Source: Bryobacterales bacterium (GTDB lineage: Bacteria > Acidobacteriota > Terriglobia > Bryobacterales > UBA6623). From it: a stretch of DNA of 64,000 nucleotides. Under the pieces are notes generated by a model. That model made no database searches. It was not told the origin of the DNA and saw only the letters and a program-made list of their open reading frames with translations. Position numbers and translations under genes: made by a program. The stretch lies in NCBI GenBank assembly GCA_965216545.1, contig OZ244172.1:4841997-4905996 (forward strand), read 5' to 3'. This document shows positions 54,666 through 64,000 of this stretch, in pieces. Every line of letters starts with the position of its first letter. The first letter of the stretch is position 1.

Positions 54666-56225
54666 CTACTCGACCGCTACCGTCGCCTTTTGCGTGCTCT
54701 CCACGCCGTTGACGATCAGCTTGACCGGTTGCTGGCCCGAAGGCGTGCCGGCGGCGATCTCGAAGTTGAACTGCGTCAGCGCGCCAACCTGCCCAGGCGA
54801 GGTTCCGGCGTAGTGCACGATGGCTTGCACGCCGCCAACCCAGATCTCGACCTCCGCGTCGAGCTCCGAAGCCGCGTCGGCAATCTCGCCGTCGCCCAAC
54901 TCGGCGTCCGTGCCGCCGGCGCCGGTGCCGAAACCGATGACCACCGAGCCCACCGGAGCTGGGCTGGTATCCCGGTTCAGCGTCCCGTCTTGGTTGAAGG
55001 CGGCAATCTGCCCCCGACCTTCGCCGGTCAGCGTGAACAGCTCGGGCGCAAAAGGCCTCATCGGCACCGGGAACGGCGTCGACTGGAAGCCGCTGCGCAC
55101 CACGAGCAGCTCGACCTCCTCGCCTTCGAGCTCCTGCGGCACGATCACATTGACCTGGTCGTTGCGCACGCTCAGCACGCGCGCCGGAACGCCGTCGAAG
55201 AACACCATCGTGCCGGCCACGTGCTCGCCGACTGCGCCGTCTCTGTCCAAGACGAACAGGGCGTTCTCAGCCGGGCCTAGACCTTGGCCGAAGATCGTCG
55301 CGATCTGTCCCGGAGCGATCGGCTGGGCCTCGAACGAAGCTGCCCCTACCGCCACCGCGGGGGCGACTTCATCTCCCTCTTCTTGCTCGGCGCCCAGACG
55401 GACGTTCAGCGGCGCCGGCCAGGTCCGCGGCGGACGACCGGCGTTGCGCACGTGGATCGTGCCGCCGCAGGCGCGGGCTTGCTCCGCGTCACTCTCCGGC
55501 AGCATCAGATCGACCAGCACGGGCGTATCGGCCGCGACCAGCAAGATCTCGCCGTCGTCGCTGATCTCGAGCACGCCTTCTTCATTGACGTTCGCGCCCG
55601 AGACTTCCGCCAGCAAGCACTCGCGCAGCGACGGCGTCGGCCACAACACCACGTTCTCCAGATTACGGCTCGGCACGAGCGCGATTTGCGCCAGCCCGTC
55701 GGTGAACAGATCCAGCGTCACCGCTTCCACCGGCGCGTCGCCGTTGATCCACGAGATCACGCCGCCCGGGCCGTCGCCGTCCTCGCCGTCGTCGTCAGGC
55801 TCCTCGTCTCCTGTGTCTGATTCGGTCTTCTTCAGGCTCACCGAAAGCGGTTTGGCCAGATGCTTGCCGTCGACGAACACATGGACGGCGCCGCCGATCG
55901 TGCGGCCGGCTTCGTCAGGCGTCTGCAGCACGATCAGCTCGATGGGGACCGCCACGCCCTCCTCGAGGCTGAACGGTTCGCGCGGGATCCCGAGGAAGCC
56001 CTCGAGCGAGGCGCTCATGCCCAGCGTCGCCCCCTCGGCGGTTCCATCCGGGATGAGCTCGACGAGAATCACGTCGCCGTCGACATGCGCGTTCTCCACG
56101 CGCGAGGGCGACCATTCGACTTTGATCGGCTTGCGATCGTTGGGCCGGTCCATGGCCGGCAAAGCGAGTGTCCCGACGATTGCGGCAACGGTGAGAATCA
56201 GAGTGGAACGGGTAAGAAAGCGCAT
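54666..56225 (-). CDS. secreted protein with tandem TIGR03437-type (Solibacter C-terminal, IPT-like) domains
   Basis: PGQIATIFGQGLGP...VFFDGVPARVLSVRNDQVNVIVPQEL and ...IWVGGVQAIVHYAGTSPGQVGALTQFNFEI. N-terminal signal and an acidic linker. Confidence 0.75.
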   Translation of the reverse strand: MRFLTRSTLILTVAAIVGTLALPAMDRPNDRKPIKVEWSPSRVENAHVDGDVILVELIPDGTAEGATLGMSASLEGFLGIPREPFSLEEGVAVPIELIVLQTPDEAGRTIGGAVHVFVDGKHLAKPLSVSLKKTESDTGDEEPDDDGEDGDGPGGVISWINGDAPVEAVTLDLFTDGLAQIALVPSRNLENVVLWPTPSLRECLLAEVSGANVNEEGVLEISDDGEILLVAADTPVLVDLMLPESDAEQARACGGTIHVRNAGRPPRTWPAPLNVRLGAEQEEGDEVAPAVAVGAASFEAQPIAPGQIATIFGQGLGPAENALFVLDRDGAVGEHVAGTMVFFDGVPARVLSVRNDQVNVIVPQELEGEEVELLVVRSGFQSTPFPVPMRPFAPELFTLTGEGRGQIAAFNQDGTLNRDTSPAPVGSVVIGFGTGAGGTDAELGDGEIADAASELDAEVEIWVGGVQAIVHYAGTSPGQVGALTQFNFEIAAGTPSGQQPVKLIVNGVESTQKATVAVE

Positions 56226-56506
56226 TCTAGTTCCCTATCGGACGGAGGCGGGCGCGCCTAAGTTTTTTTTGGGGGAATACCGGAAGTTTAGCACCGAGGT
56301 TGCCTAAACGAAATCCCCCATCGGTACTACCACGCACCTACCGCTGGACTTCCCGCGCTCCCGCGCGCGACAATTGCATCACGCCCGGCCGCGTCCCGCC
56401 CCGACGCGTCTTCCGCACTGCGCTCCGCCGCGAAGCGCATTTCCACTTTCGTTTTTTGTTCGCCTTGTTGTAGGATGAGGAAACCCGCCTCGGGAAGGAG
56501 ACTGAC

Positions 56507-57586
<1,080 letters not shown>

Positions 57587-57617
57587 AACCGGCGGCGTCG
57601 GCTATTCTAGTGGCGTT

Positions 57618-59063
57618 GTGCGACAGCATCTCGCCTTGATTTTCATCGTGGTCTTGCTCGCGGGCTGCAATCGCCACCCGGATCCGACCGTCGAGCCCGA
57701 GGATCTGCCCGCGATCCCCGATCTGCAGCTCACGCGCATCTCCGACGAGGCACGCCTGACGATCGAGCAGGCCCACGAGCGCGTCCTGCAATACCCGGGC
57801 GACGCCATGTCGAACGGCCAGCTTGGCCTGGCTCTCCACGCCAACCGGCGCTACCAGGAAGCCGCGGTCATGTACGACCGTGCGCGCAAGATCCACCCCC
57901 AGTTCTTCAAGTGGGAGTACTATCGCGGCGTCGCCCTGGGCGAGATCAACGAAGTCGCCGAAGCTGGCGCTTCGTTCCAGCGTGCGCTCGAGAGGGTCGA
58001 GAACGAGCCCAACGCCTTGCTGGGTCTGGCGCAGGTCTACTTCAAGAGCGCCGACCTGGCTAGCAATGCGGCGCTCGAGGACGAGGGCGACAAGACGCTC
58101 GAGCGGCTCATCGAAACCAACCCGGACTTCGTGCTCGGCTACCTGGTCAAGGCGCAGCGGCTGGAAGAGGCGGGGGAACTAGCCGATGCGGCCCAGATCT
58201 ACCGCCACCTGCTCGACAAGGGGCCGGTCTTCGGCGCCGCCCACCAATCCCTAGCGAAAATCTATGAACAGCAGGGCAACGCGGCGAGCGCCGAACGGCA
58301 TATGGCCCTAGCCCAGCAGGCTCCGTCGATGCTGCCACCCAACCAGAATGAGTGGATGGCGGAGGTGCATCGGCTGGGCGTAGCCAACATGGACGACGCC
58401 GTCCGCGGCCAGCTCTTCCTGCGGAACAGGCTGACCGGCCCGGCCACTCAAGCCTTCGAGATGGCCGTTGAATCCGACCCGGGCAACGTCCACCATCGGG
58501 TCAACCTGGTGGCGCTCTACGGTATGGCCAAGAACCTGGACCGCGCCGAGGAGCACTACAACGCCGCGCTCCGGCTCGGCGGCGCCGACGCCAAGGTGCA
58601 CTTGAACATGGGCACGATCCTGCTCGGCGCCAAGCGCTTCCAGGAGGCCGAGCAAGCCTACAATCGCGCGTTGGCCGCGGACGGAACCACCATCAAGGCC
58701 CACCTCGGGCTGGCGCGCATCGCCCTGATGAACGACGATCCCAGCCGCGCCGAAAGCTTCGTCCGGCAGGCGTTGGCCCTCGAGCCGCTCAACCCGCTCG
58801 TCTACCGCGAGTTGATCCGCGCGCTCCGGCCCCAAGGCCGGCTCGAGGAAGCCGCCGAAGCCGCCAGAAAAGGAGCAGCTTACAGCGAGGGACGCACCGC
58901 CGTCACCCTGCTGCGCACCCTGGCCGCCCTCGAGCGCGAGCGTGGAGACGACGCGGCCGCTCGCGCCGCCCTCGAGCGCGCCCGCACCGAAGCCGAGCGC
59001 GCCAACAACAACGTCGACCTGGCGCTCATCGACGCACAGCTCGGCGCCTACGACAACCCCTGA
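57618..59063 (+). CDS. TPR-repeat lipoprotein
   Basis: GTG 57618 gives MRQHLALIFIVVLLAGC, a lipobox. Multiple TPR-like repeats follow (A..Y..AL...P....A...LG.....G). Confidence 0.8.
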   Translation: MRQHLALIFIVVLLAGCNRHPDPTVEPEDLPAIPDLQLTRISDEARLTIEQAHERVLQYPGDAMSNGQLGLALHANRRYQEAAVMYDRARKIHPQFFKWEYYRGVALGEINEVAEAGASFQRALERVENEPNALLGLAQVYFKSADLASNAALEDEGDKTLERLIETNPDFVLGYLVKAQRLEEAGELADAAQIYRHLLDKGPVFGAAHQSLAKIYEQQGNAASAERHMALAQQAPSMLPPNQNEWMAEVHRLGVANMDDAVRGQLFLRNRLTGPATQAFEMAVESDPGNVHHRVNLVALYGMAKNLDRAEEHYNAALRLGGADAKVHLNMGTILLGAKRFQEAEQAYNRALAADGTTIKAHLGLARIALMNDDPSRAESFVRQALALEPLNPLVYRELIRALRPQGRLEEAAEAARKGAAYSEGRTAVTLLRTLAALERERGDDAAARAALERARTEAERANNNVDLALIDAQLGAYDNP

Positions 59064-59131
59064 GCCCGCGCCGGCCTTGCGCCCCGGCCGCGTTTGTGCG
59101 ACCGTACGCGCAGGTCAAGGAGAATTACCCC

Positions 59132-60112
59132 GTGCACGACTCGATTTCCCGCCGCTCGTTCCTCGGAGGCGCCGTCGCCTCGTCCCTCTCGGTCGCCTCC
59201 GCCAAGACGGCCGCCCTGCCCGCGCGCACCCTCGGCCGCACTGGCGTCGAGGTGACGACCATGGCGCTTGGCTGCGGCAGCCGCCTGCTCTCCTATGAAG
59301 ACCAGGACAAGGCCGTCGAAACCGTGCACATGGCGATCGACTCCGGCGTAGGCTATCTCGACACCGCCCAGAACTACGGCAACGGCCGCAGCGAGACCTG
59401 GGTCGGCCAAGTGATGAAGACCCGCCGCAATGAGGTGTGGCTGGCGACCAAGACCGGCGCGCGCACCTACGACGACGTTCTCTCGCGCATCGAGGAGAGC
59501 CTCGAGCGGCTCCAGACCGATCGCGTGGACCTGCTGCACATCCACAACCTCGGTCACGAGGACGACCTCGAGGCGATCGAGAAGAATCGCGTGATGAAGG
59601 CGATGTACCGCGTGCGCGACGAGAAGATGGCGCGCTTCATCGGCATCACCTCGCACACCAACCCCGCCACGCTCGCCGCCGCCATCGAGCGCTATGACAT
59701 CGACTGCACGCAGATGGCGCTCAACGCCGCGCTGCAGGGCATGCAGAACGGCCAGGGCAAGATGGTGCTCAACCCGGCCATGGCCACCAGCTTCGAGGAC
59801 GTTGCCCTGCCGGTCGCTCGCAAAAAGAACGTCGGCGTCATCGCGATGAAGATCTTCGGCCAAGAGGAGATCCTGCCCAACCCCGACGACAAGGCGCAGG
59901 TCGATCGCTTGATCAACTACACGCTTTCGCTCGATGGCGTCGCGACGGCCGTGCTCGGCTGCCCCAAACACGAGTTCCTGCGCCACAACGCCTCCACGGT
60001 GCGCGCGCACCAGCCCATGTCGAAGGCCCGGCGGAAGAAGCTCTCCGACGTGATGTCCGAGAAGTATAAGCAGGCGCTCGACTTGAAGTTCCAGAGCCAC
60101 GTCGACGCATAG
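59132..60112 (+). CDS. aldo/keto reductase, Tat-exported
   Basis: GTG 59132 follows AAGGAG. HDSISRRSFLGGAVASS is a Tat signal. LGRTGVEVTTMALGC...GVGYLDTAQNYGNGRSE...DLLHIHN. Confidence 0.85.
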   Translation: MHDSISRRSFLGGAVASSLSVASAKTAALPARTLGRTGVEVTTMALGCGSRLLSYEDQDKAVETVHMAIDSGVGYLDTAQNYGNGRSETWVGQVMKTRRNEVWLATKTGARTYDDVLSRIEESLERLQTDRVDLLHIHNLGHEDDLEAIEKNRVMKAMYRVRDEKMARFIGITSHTNPATLAAAIERYDIDCTQMALNAALQGMQNGQGKMVLNPAMATSFEDVALPVARKKNVGVIAMKIFGQEEILPNPDDKAQVDRLINYTLSLDGVATAVLGCPKHEFLRHNASTVRAHQPMSKARRKKLSDVMSEKYKQALDLKFQSHVDA

Positions 60113-60159
60113 GTCCGCCCCTCGAGCCGCGATGAAGCCGGCGTGCTAGCGTTTAGAAG

Positions 60160-60699
60160 ATGACTCGACTCGCCGTCCTGGCCGCCGTCGCCGCCTTGCT
60201 CGCCGTTCCGGCCTTTGCGGCCAACGAGCTCTCCAATCGCCGCGCTCCGGGCTTCTCGCTGCCCGACATCCAGTACAAGTCGCACGACCTCAGCGACTAT
60301 GCCGGCAAGGTCGTCGTGGTGAACATCATGCGCACCACCTGCCCGCACTGCACGTCGTTCTCCAAGGTGCTCAACGCCGCCGAGAAGAAGTACGCCGGCC
60401 AGCTCAAGGTGCTGCACATCGTCAACCCGCCCGACAACCAAAGCGCGGTCCGCCGCTACACCATGGCCAATGGCATCTCGAGCACCATCCTGTTCGACTG
60501 CGGCCAGATGGCGGCGTCTTACCTCAAGGTCACCCCGCAGAACCCGAGCTTCGAGGTGCCGCATTTCTTCGTCGTCGACCAGAAGGGCATGATCCGCGAA
60601 GACTACGGCTACAACGCGCTTTCGAAGGGCGTGTTCGAGGGCGACGGCGTCTACAAGATCCTCGACAAGTACGTCTCCAAGCCTGCTCGAGCCGATTGA
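60160..60699 (+). CDS. TlpA-like thiol-disulfide oxidoreductase (thioredoxin fold, CPHC)
   Basis: Signal MTRLAVLAAVAALLAVPAFA. GKVVVVNIMRTTCPHCTSF. Confidence 0.85.
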   Translation: MTRLAVLAAVAALLAVPAFAANELSNRRAPGFSLPDIQYKSHDLSDYAGKVVVVNIMRTTCPHCTSFSKVLNAAEKKYAGQLKVLHIVNPPDNQSAVRRYTMANGISSTILFDCGQMAASYLKVTPQNPSFEVPHFFVVDQKGMIREDYGYNALSKGVFEGDGVYKILDKYVSKPARAD

Positions 60700-60713
60700 G
60701 ACGAGGCGCGTCT

Positions 60714-60742
60714 GGTCCGAGCCGCGTCCCGCGAGGGCGCGG
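60714..60742 (+). repeat. partial copy (hairpin-2 module) of the dispersed repeat
   Basis: GGTCCGAGCCGCGTCCCGCGAGGGCGCGG. The segment from CCGAGCC onward is identical to 60813-60839. Confidence 0.7.
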
Positions 60743-60760
60743 CCGGCGTGAACGCCGCAG

Positions 60761-60839
60761 GGTCTCTGGACGTAGCCGCAAGCTGGCGCGTGCGGCTCAG
60801 AAAGAAATCAGTTCCGAGCCGCGTCCCGCGAGGGCGCGG
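60761..60839 (+). repeat. dispersed two-hairpin intergenic repeat, copy B
   Basis: GGTCTCTGGACGTAGCCGCAAGCTGGCGCGTGCGGCTCAGAAAGAAATCAGTTCCGAGCCGCGTCCCGCGAGGGCGCGG. Hairpin 1 is AGCCGCA/TGCGGCT. Hairpin 2 is CCGCG(T)CCC-GCGA-GGGCGCGG. Confidence 0.75.
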
Positions 60840-60874
60840 TGAGCCCGGCCCAATCGCGCCGGTATAGTAGAGGG

Positions 60875-63406
60875 ATGATCCCCTCGGGATCTTCCCGCTT
60901 TGCCACCCTCGCCCTGCTGCTCTGCTGCTCGTCTGCGGCAGTCGCCGACGTCCCTTCGCCGGAAAGCCATTTCGGGCATCCCATGGGCGCCGACCGCCGG
61001 CTCGTCGCCTGGGACGACGTCGTCGACTACTACGAGCTCGTCGGCGAGCGGAGCCCCTACGTCGAAGTCTCCGAGCTCGGCTTGACGACCGAAGGCCGTC
61101 CGTTTCTACTCGTCGCCGTCTCGACGCCGTCGACGCTCGCCCGCCTCGACGAGTACGCCGATATCCAGCAGCGCCTCGCCGATCCCCGTGTCACGCTGGC
61201 CGACGAAGCCGAGCGGCTCATCGAGCAGGGCAAGTCCGTCGTCCTGCTCACTTGCTCGATCCACTCCACCGAGGTGGCCTCCACGCTGACCGCAATGGAG
61301 TTTCTCCACAAGCTGGTCACCGAAGACACGCCCCGCCACCGCGCCATTCTGCAGGAGACGATCTTCCTGCTCGTCCCCTCGCTCAATCCCGATGGCGTCG
61401 ACAAGGTCGCCAGTTGGTACGAGCGCTGGCTCGACACGCCTTACGAGGGCGCTCCGATGGTCGAGCTCTATCACAAGTACGTCGGCCACGACAACAACCG
61501 CGACTGGTACATGTTCACCCAGGCCGAGACGCGGCTGGCGATCGAGCAGATCCACAACGTCTGGCGCCCGCAAATCGTCTACGACGTCCACCAGATGGGC
61601 ACGACGGGGGCGCGCATGTTCGTCCCGCCCTGGGACGACCCGGTCGACCCCAACGTCGATCCGCTGATCGTGCAGCAGATGAACGCTTACGGCGCGGCCA
61701 TGGCAGCCGATCTCACCGCCGCCGGACGCACCGGCGTGGTCGTCAACGGCATCTATGACTTCTTCACGCCGGCGCGCCATTACCAGGCTTACCACCACGG
61801 CCTGCGGCTGCTCTCCGAGTCCGCCAGCGTCAAGTACGCCTCGCCCATCACCGTGCCGTTCGAGTCGTTGCAGACCAAAGCGCGCGGCTACAACGCCCAG
61901 CAGAAGAGCTGGAACTTCCTCGAGCCCTGGCCGGGCGGCGAGTGGATGCTGCGCGACATCGTCGACCAGCAACTGATCACCTTCGAGACCGTGCTGCATG
62001 AGGCGGCGGTTGGTCGCCGCGAGCTGCTGCGCAACTTCTATCGCATCGGCCAACGAGCGGTCAACCGCGACGCCCCAGCGGCCTTCATCGTCCCCGAGAA
62101 TCAGCTCGATCCCAATGCCGCGGTGCGGCTGCTGCGGACGCTTGAGGCCGGTTCGGTCGAGATCCGCCGCTCGCGTCGCGACTTCGTCGCCGGCGGCCGC
62201 AACTACCAGGAAGGCGACTACGTCATCTCGATGCGCCAGCCCTTCGCGAGCTTCGCCAAGACGCTGCTCGAGCGACAAGACTATCCCGATCTCCGCGAGT
62301 ACCCCGGCGGGCCGCCCAAGCGTCCTTACGACGTCACGGCGCACTCGTTGCCGCTGCTGATGGGCGTAGAGGTCCACCAAGTCGAGCGCCCGTTCGAGAC
62401 CGACTTGGGCCCGCTGGAGCCGGTGCGCACGCCCGCCGGCCGCGTCGCGCGAGCCGAGACGCTGAAGCTCTCGCCGGCGGCGAGCCATTCCTGGATTGCA
62501 GTCAACCGCTTGCTTGCAGCCGGCGCGCCGGTCTATCGCAATCGCGCCAACGGCGACTTCTACGTCGCCGCCGATGCGGCCGGAGAGCTTGCCCGCACGC
62601 TCGCGCGTTCGCTGGGCGTGCGCTTCGAAGCGACCGGCGAACCGTTGCGCGCCCACCGCCGGCTCAGCGCCCCGCGCGTGGGTCTCTACTCCGGCTTCAC
62701 CCCGATCATGGACGAGGGTTGGACGCGCTGGCTGCTCGAGCAGTACGAGTTCGATGTCGAGCGGCTCGACAACGCGGGCGTCCAGCGCGGCGGCTTGCGC
62801 GAGCGCTTCGACGCGATCATCCTGCCCGACGCGTCTCTGAAGGTCCTGCAGAGCGGCTACATTCGGGGCGCCTCCTACCGCGGCGCCCGCGTGCCGCCGG
62901 AGTACACCGGAGGGATCGAGGACGACGGCGCCGCGGCCTTGCGCGAGTTTGCCGAGCAAGGCGGCGCCGTGCTGGCCTTCAATCAGGCTTCCCTCTACGC
63001 CATCGAGAAGCTCGATCTGCCGGTCGAGAACACCTTGGGCGAGGTGAGCTCGCGGCGCTTCTACGCACCGGGCTCGCTGCTCGAGGTCGAGGTCGACACC
63101 TCCCATCCGCTCTGCTTCGGCATGCGGCCGCGCGAGGCAGTCTGGTTCGAAGAAGGGCCGGCGTTCCGGCCGGCATACGGGCGCGGGCGGCGCGGCGCCC
63201 TGCAGAGCGTGTTGCGCTACGCCGACGGCGACGTGCTGGCCTCGGGTTGGCTGCTGGGCGGCGAGCTGCTGGCCAACCGCAGCGCGGTGATGGACGTCCC
63301 CGTCGGCCGCGGCCACGTGCTCCTGTTCGGCATTCGGCCGCAGTACCGCGCGCAGCCAAACGCCACCTTCAAAATGGTGTTCAACGGCCTCTACTACTGG
63401 CGCTGA
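60875..63406 (+). CDS. M14-family metallocarboxypeptidase-like protein (large, secreted)
   Basis: ATG 60875 gives the signal MIPSGSSRFATLALLLCCSSAAVA. VVLLTCSIHSTEVAS...FLLVPSLNPDG...HDNNRDW is an M14-type zinc-site pattern. Confidence 0.8.
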   Translation: MIPSGSSRFATLALLLCCSSAAVADVPSPESHFGHPMGADRRLVAWDDVVDYYELVGERSPYVEVSELGLTTEGRPFLLVAVSTPSTLARLDEYADIQQRLADPRVTLADEAERLIEQGKSVVLLTCSIHSTEVASTLTAMEFLHKLVTEDTPRHRAILQETIFLLVPSLNPDGVDKVASWYERWLDTPYEGAPMVELYHKYVGHDNNRDWYMFTQAETRLAIEQIHNVWRPQIVYDVHQMGTTGARMFVPPWDDPVDPNVDPLIVQQMNAYGAAMAADLTAAGRTGVVVNGIYDFFTPARHYQAYHHGLRLLSESASVKYASPITVPFESLQTKARGYNAQQKSWNFLEPWPGGEWMLRDIVDQQLITFETVLHEAAVGRRELLRNFYRIGQRAVNRDAPAAFIVPENQLDPNAAVRLLRTLEAGSVEIRRSRRDFVAGGRNYQEGDYVISMRQPFASFAKTLLERQDYPDLREYPGGPPKRPYDVTAHSLPLLMGVEVHQVERPFETDLGPLEPVRTPAGRVARAETLKLSPAASHSWIAVNRLLAAGAPVYRNRANGDFYVAADAAGELARTLARSLGVRFEATGEPLRAHRRLSAPRVGLYSGFTPIMDEGWTRWLLEQYEFDVERLDNAGVQRGGLRERFDAIILPDASLKVLQSGYIRGASYRGARVPPEYTGGIEDDGAAALREFAEQGGAVLAFNQASLYAIEKLDLPVENTLGEVSSRRFYAPGSLLEVEVDTSHPLCFGMRPREAVWFEEGPAFRPAYGRGRRGALQSVLRYADGDVLASGWLLGGELLANRSAVMDVPVGRGHVLLFGIRPQYRAQPNATFKMVFNGLYYWR

Positions 63407-63410
63407 GCGG

Positions 63411-64000
63411 GTGAACTACTTCAGCTATTTCACCGAAGTCGAAGAGCGCTTCCAGCAGGCCCGCGGTTCCGGCCTTTTTCTGCTCTCTCCGCTCGACTGG
63501 GCGTTGCTCGAGACTTGGAAGGAGTCCGGCGTTCCGCTCGAAGCCGCGCTCGCGGGCATCGACCGGGCTTTCGAGAAATACCACAAGCGCAAGCGCAAAT
63601 TCCGGATGGTCAACTCGGTCGCCTACTGCACGCAGGAGGTGCTCGAAGCCGCGCGCGAGATGGCGCAAGGCGACAGCCGCGCCGAGCCCGCCGAACGAGC
63701 CGCCGGTCAGGGGTTCGAGCCGGCGCGCATTGCGGCGTACCTGACAGAGAACGCCGCTCAGGTCCGCCGTGCGGCGGCTGAGTTGAGCCCGGGGGCCGCC
63801 GAGAGTCTCGGCGAGACCGTCTCCTCTCTCGAGCAGCTCGCGGCCGCGGCCGCGGCCGGAGACATGGACGAGCTCGAAGCCGTCGAGCAGCGCCTGACGG
63901 TGATGGAGGAGCGGATGCTCGCGACCGCCAAGCAAGGCTTGAGCGAGGACGATCTGCTGGCGATTCGTCGAGAGATGGACGCCGCGCTCGCTCCCTACCG
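63411..64000 (+). CDS. conserved hypothetical protein, 3' end outside the window
   Basis: Not in the track because it runs off the edge. GTG at 63411, open to 64000: MNYFSYFTEVEERFQQARGSGLFLLSPLDWALLETWKESGVPLEAALAGIDRAFEKYHKRKRKFRMVNSVAYC... Confidence 0.55.
   Translation, partial: MNYFSYFTEVEERFQQARGSGLFLLSPLDWALLETWKESGVPLEAALAGIDRAFEKYHKRKRKFRMVNSVAYCTQEVLEAAREMAQGDSRAEPAERAAGQGFEPARIAAYLTENAAQVRRAAAELSPGAAESLGETVSSLEQLAAAAAAGDMDELEAVEQRLTVMEERMLATAKQGLSEDDLLAIRREMDAALAPY

Noticed and set aside
56440-56506. Possible LexA/SOS box upstream of recA (TTGTTCGCCTTGTTGT).
   Set aside because: It is only an imperfect direct repeat of TTGTT. It does not fit the GTTC-N7-GTTC or CTGT-N8-ACAG consensus, and I cannot name the operator used by this phylum with confidence.
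63381-63935. Minus-strand ORF of 184 aa at the right edge.
   Set aside because: It is antisense to a better plus-strand ORF that starts at GTG 63411 directly after the M14 gene and has balanced composition.

Overview
High-G+C (roughly mid-60s %) bacterial chromosome segment. It is probably Acidobacteriota; this is an inference from a TIGR03437-type C-terminal domain protein, a PVC-type dehydrogenase/HEAT/CxxCH protein and many twin-arginine-exported enzymes. The core backbone carries recA, efp, lepB, tRNA-Lys(CTT), tRNA-Asp(GTC), two sulfatase-family genes, a PQQ dehydrogenase with a pentaheme cytochrome, MacA/ABC efflux parts, an ABC-F ATPase, a GT2 plus flippase-like pair and an M14 peptidase. 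Four accessory or unusual parts stand out. (1) A decayed genomic island of about 11 kb (about 24.0-35.1 kb) abuts tRNA-Asp. It holds a frameshifted, compositionally chimeric surface/toxin-like gene with a lysozyme-like C-terminus and a translationally coupled downstream gene split by an intact IS1595-family element (8-bp TSD). It also holds a truncated Ig-like surface protein, an IS21 stump, a tyrosine integrase split by an intact IS66 element (8-bp TSD), two further integrase fragments and a tRNA 3' fragment. (2) A two-gene TIR plus NDT/TIR-like cassette lies at 37.3-38.5 kb. (3) Directly upstream of it is an MNIO (DUF692)/DUF2063 RiPP operon with a 12-Cys four-repeat precursor (bufferin-like). 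(4) A small islet at 49.6-52.3 kb contains a decayed Phd-PIN module and a DUF262-DUF1524(HNH)-AlbA_2 three-domain fusion. There is also a low-G+C AraC plus MBL-hydrolase islet, a frameshifted RidA gene, a decayed RAYT-like transposase, and a dispersed two-hairpin intergenic repeat showing a compensatory base change. No rRNA and no CRISPR array were seen. All homology statements come from reading motifs by eye; no database search was run.
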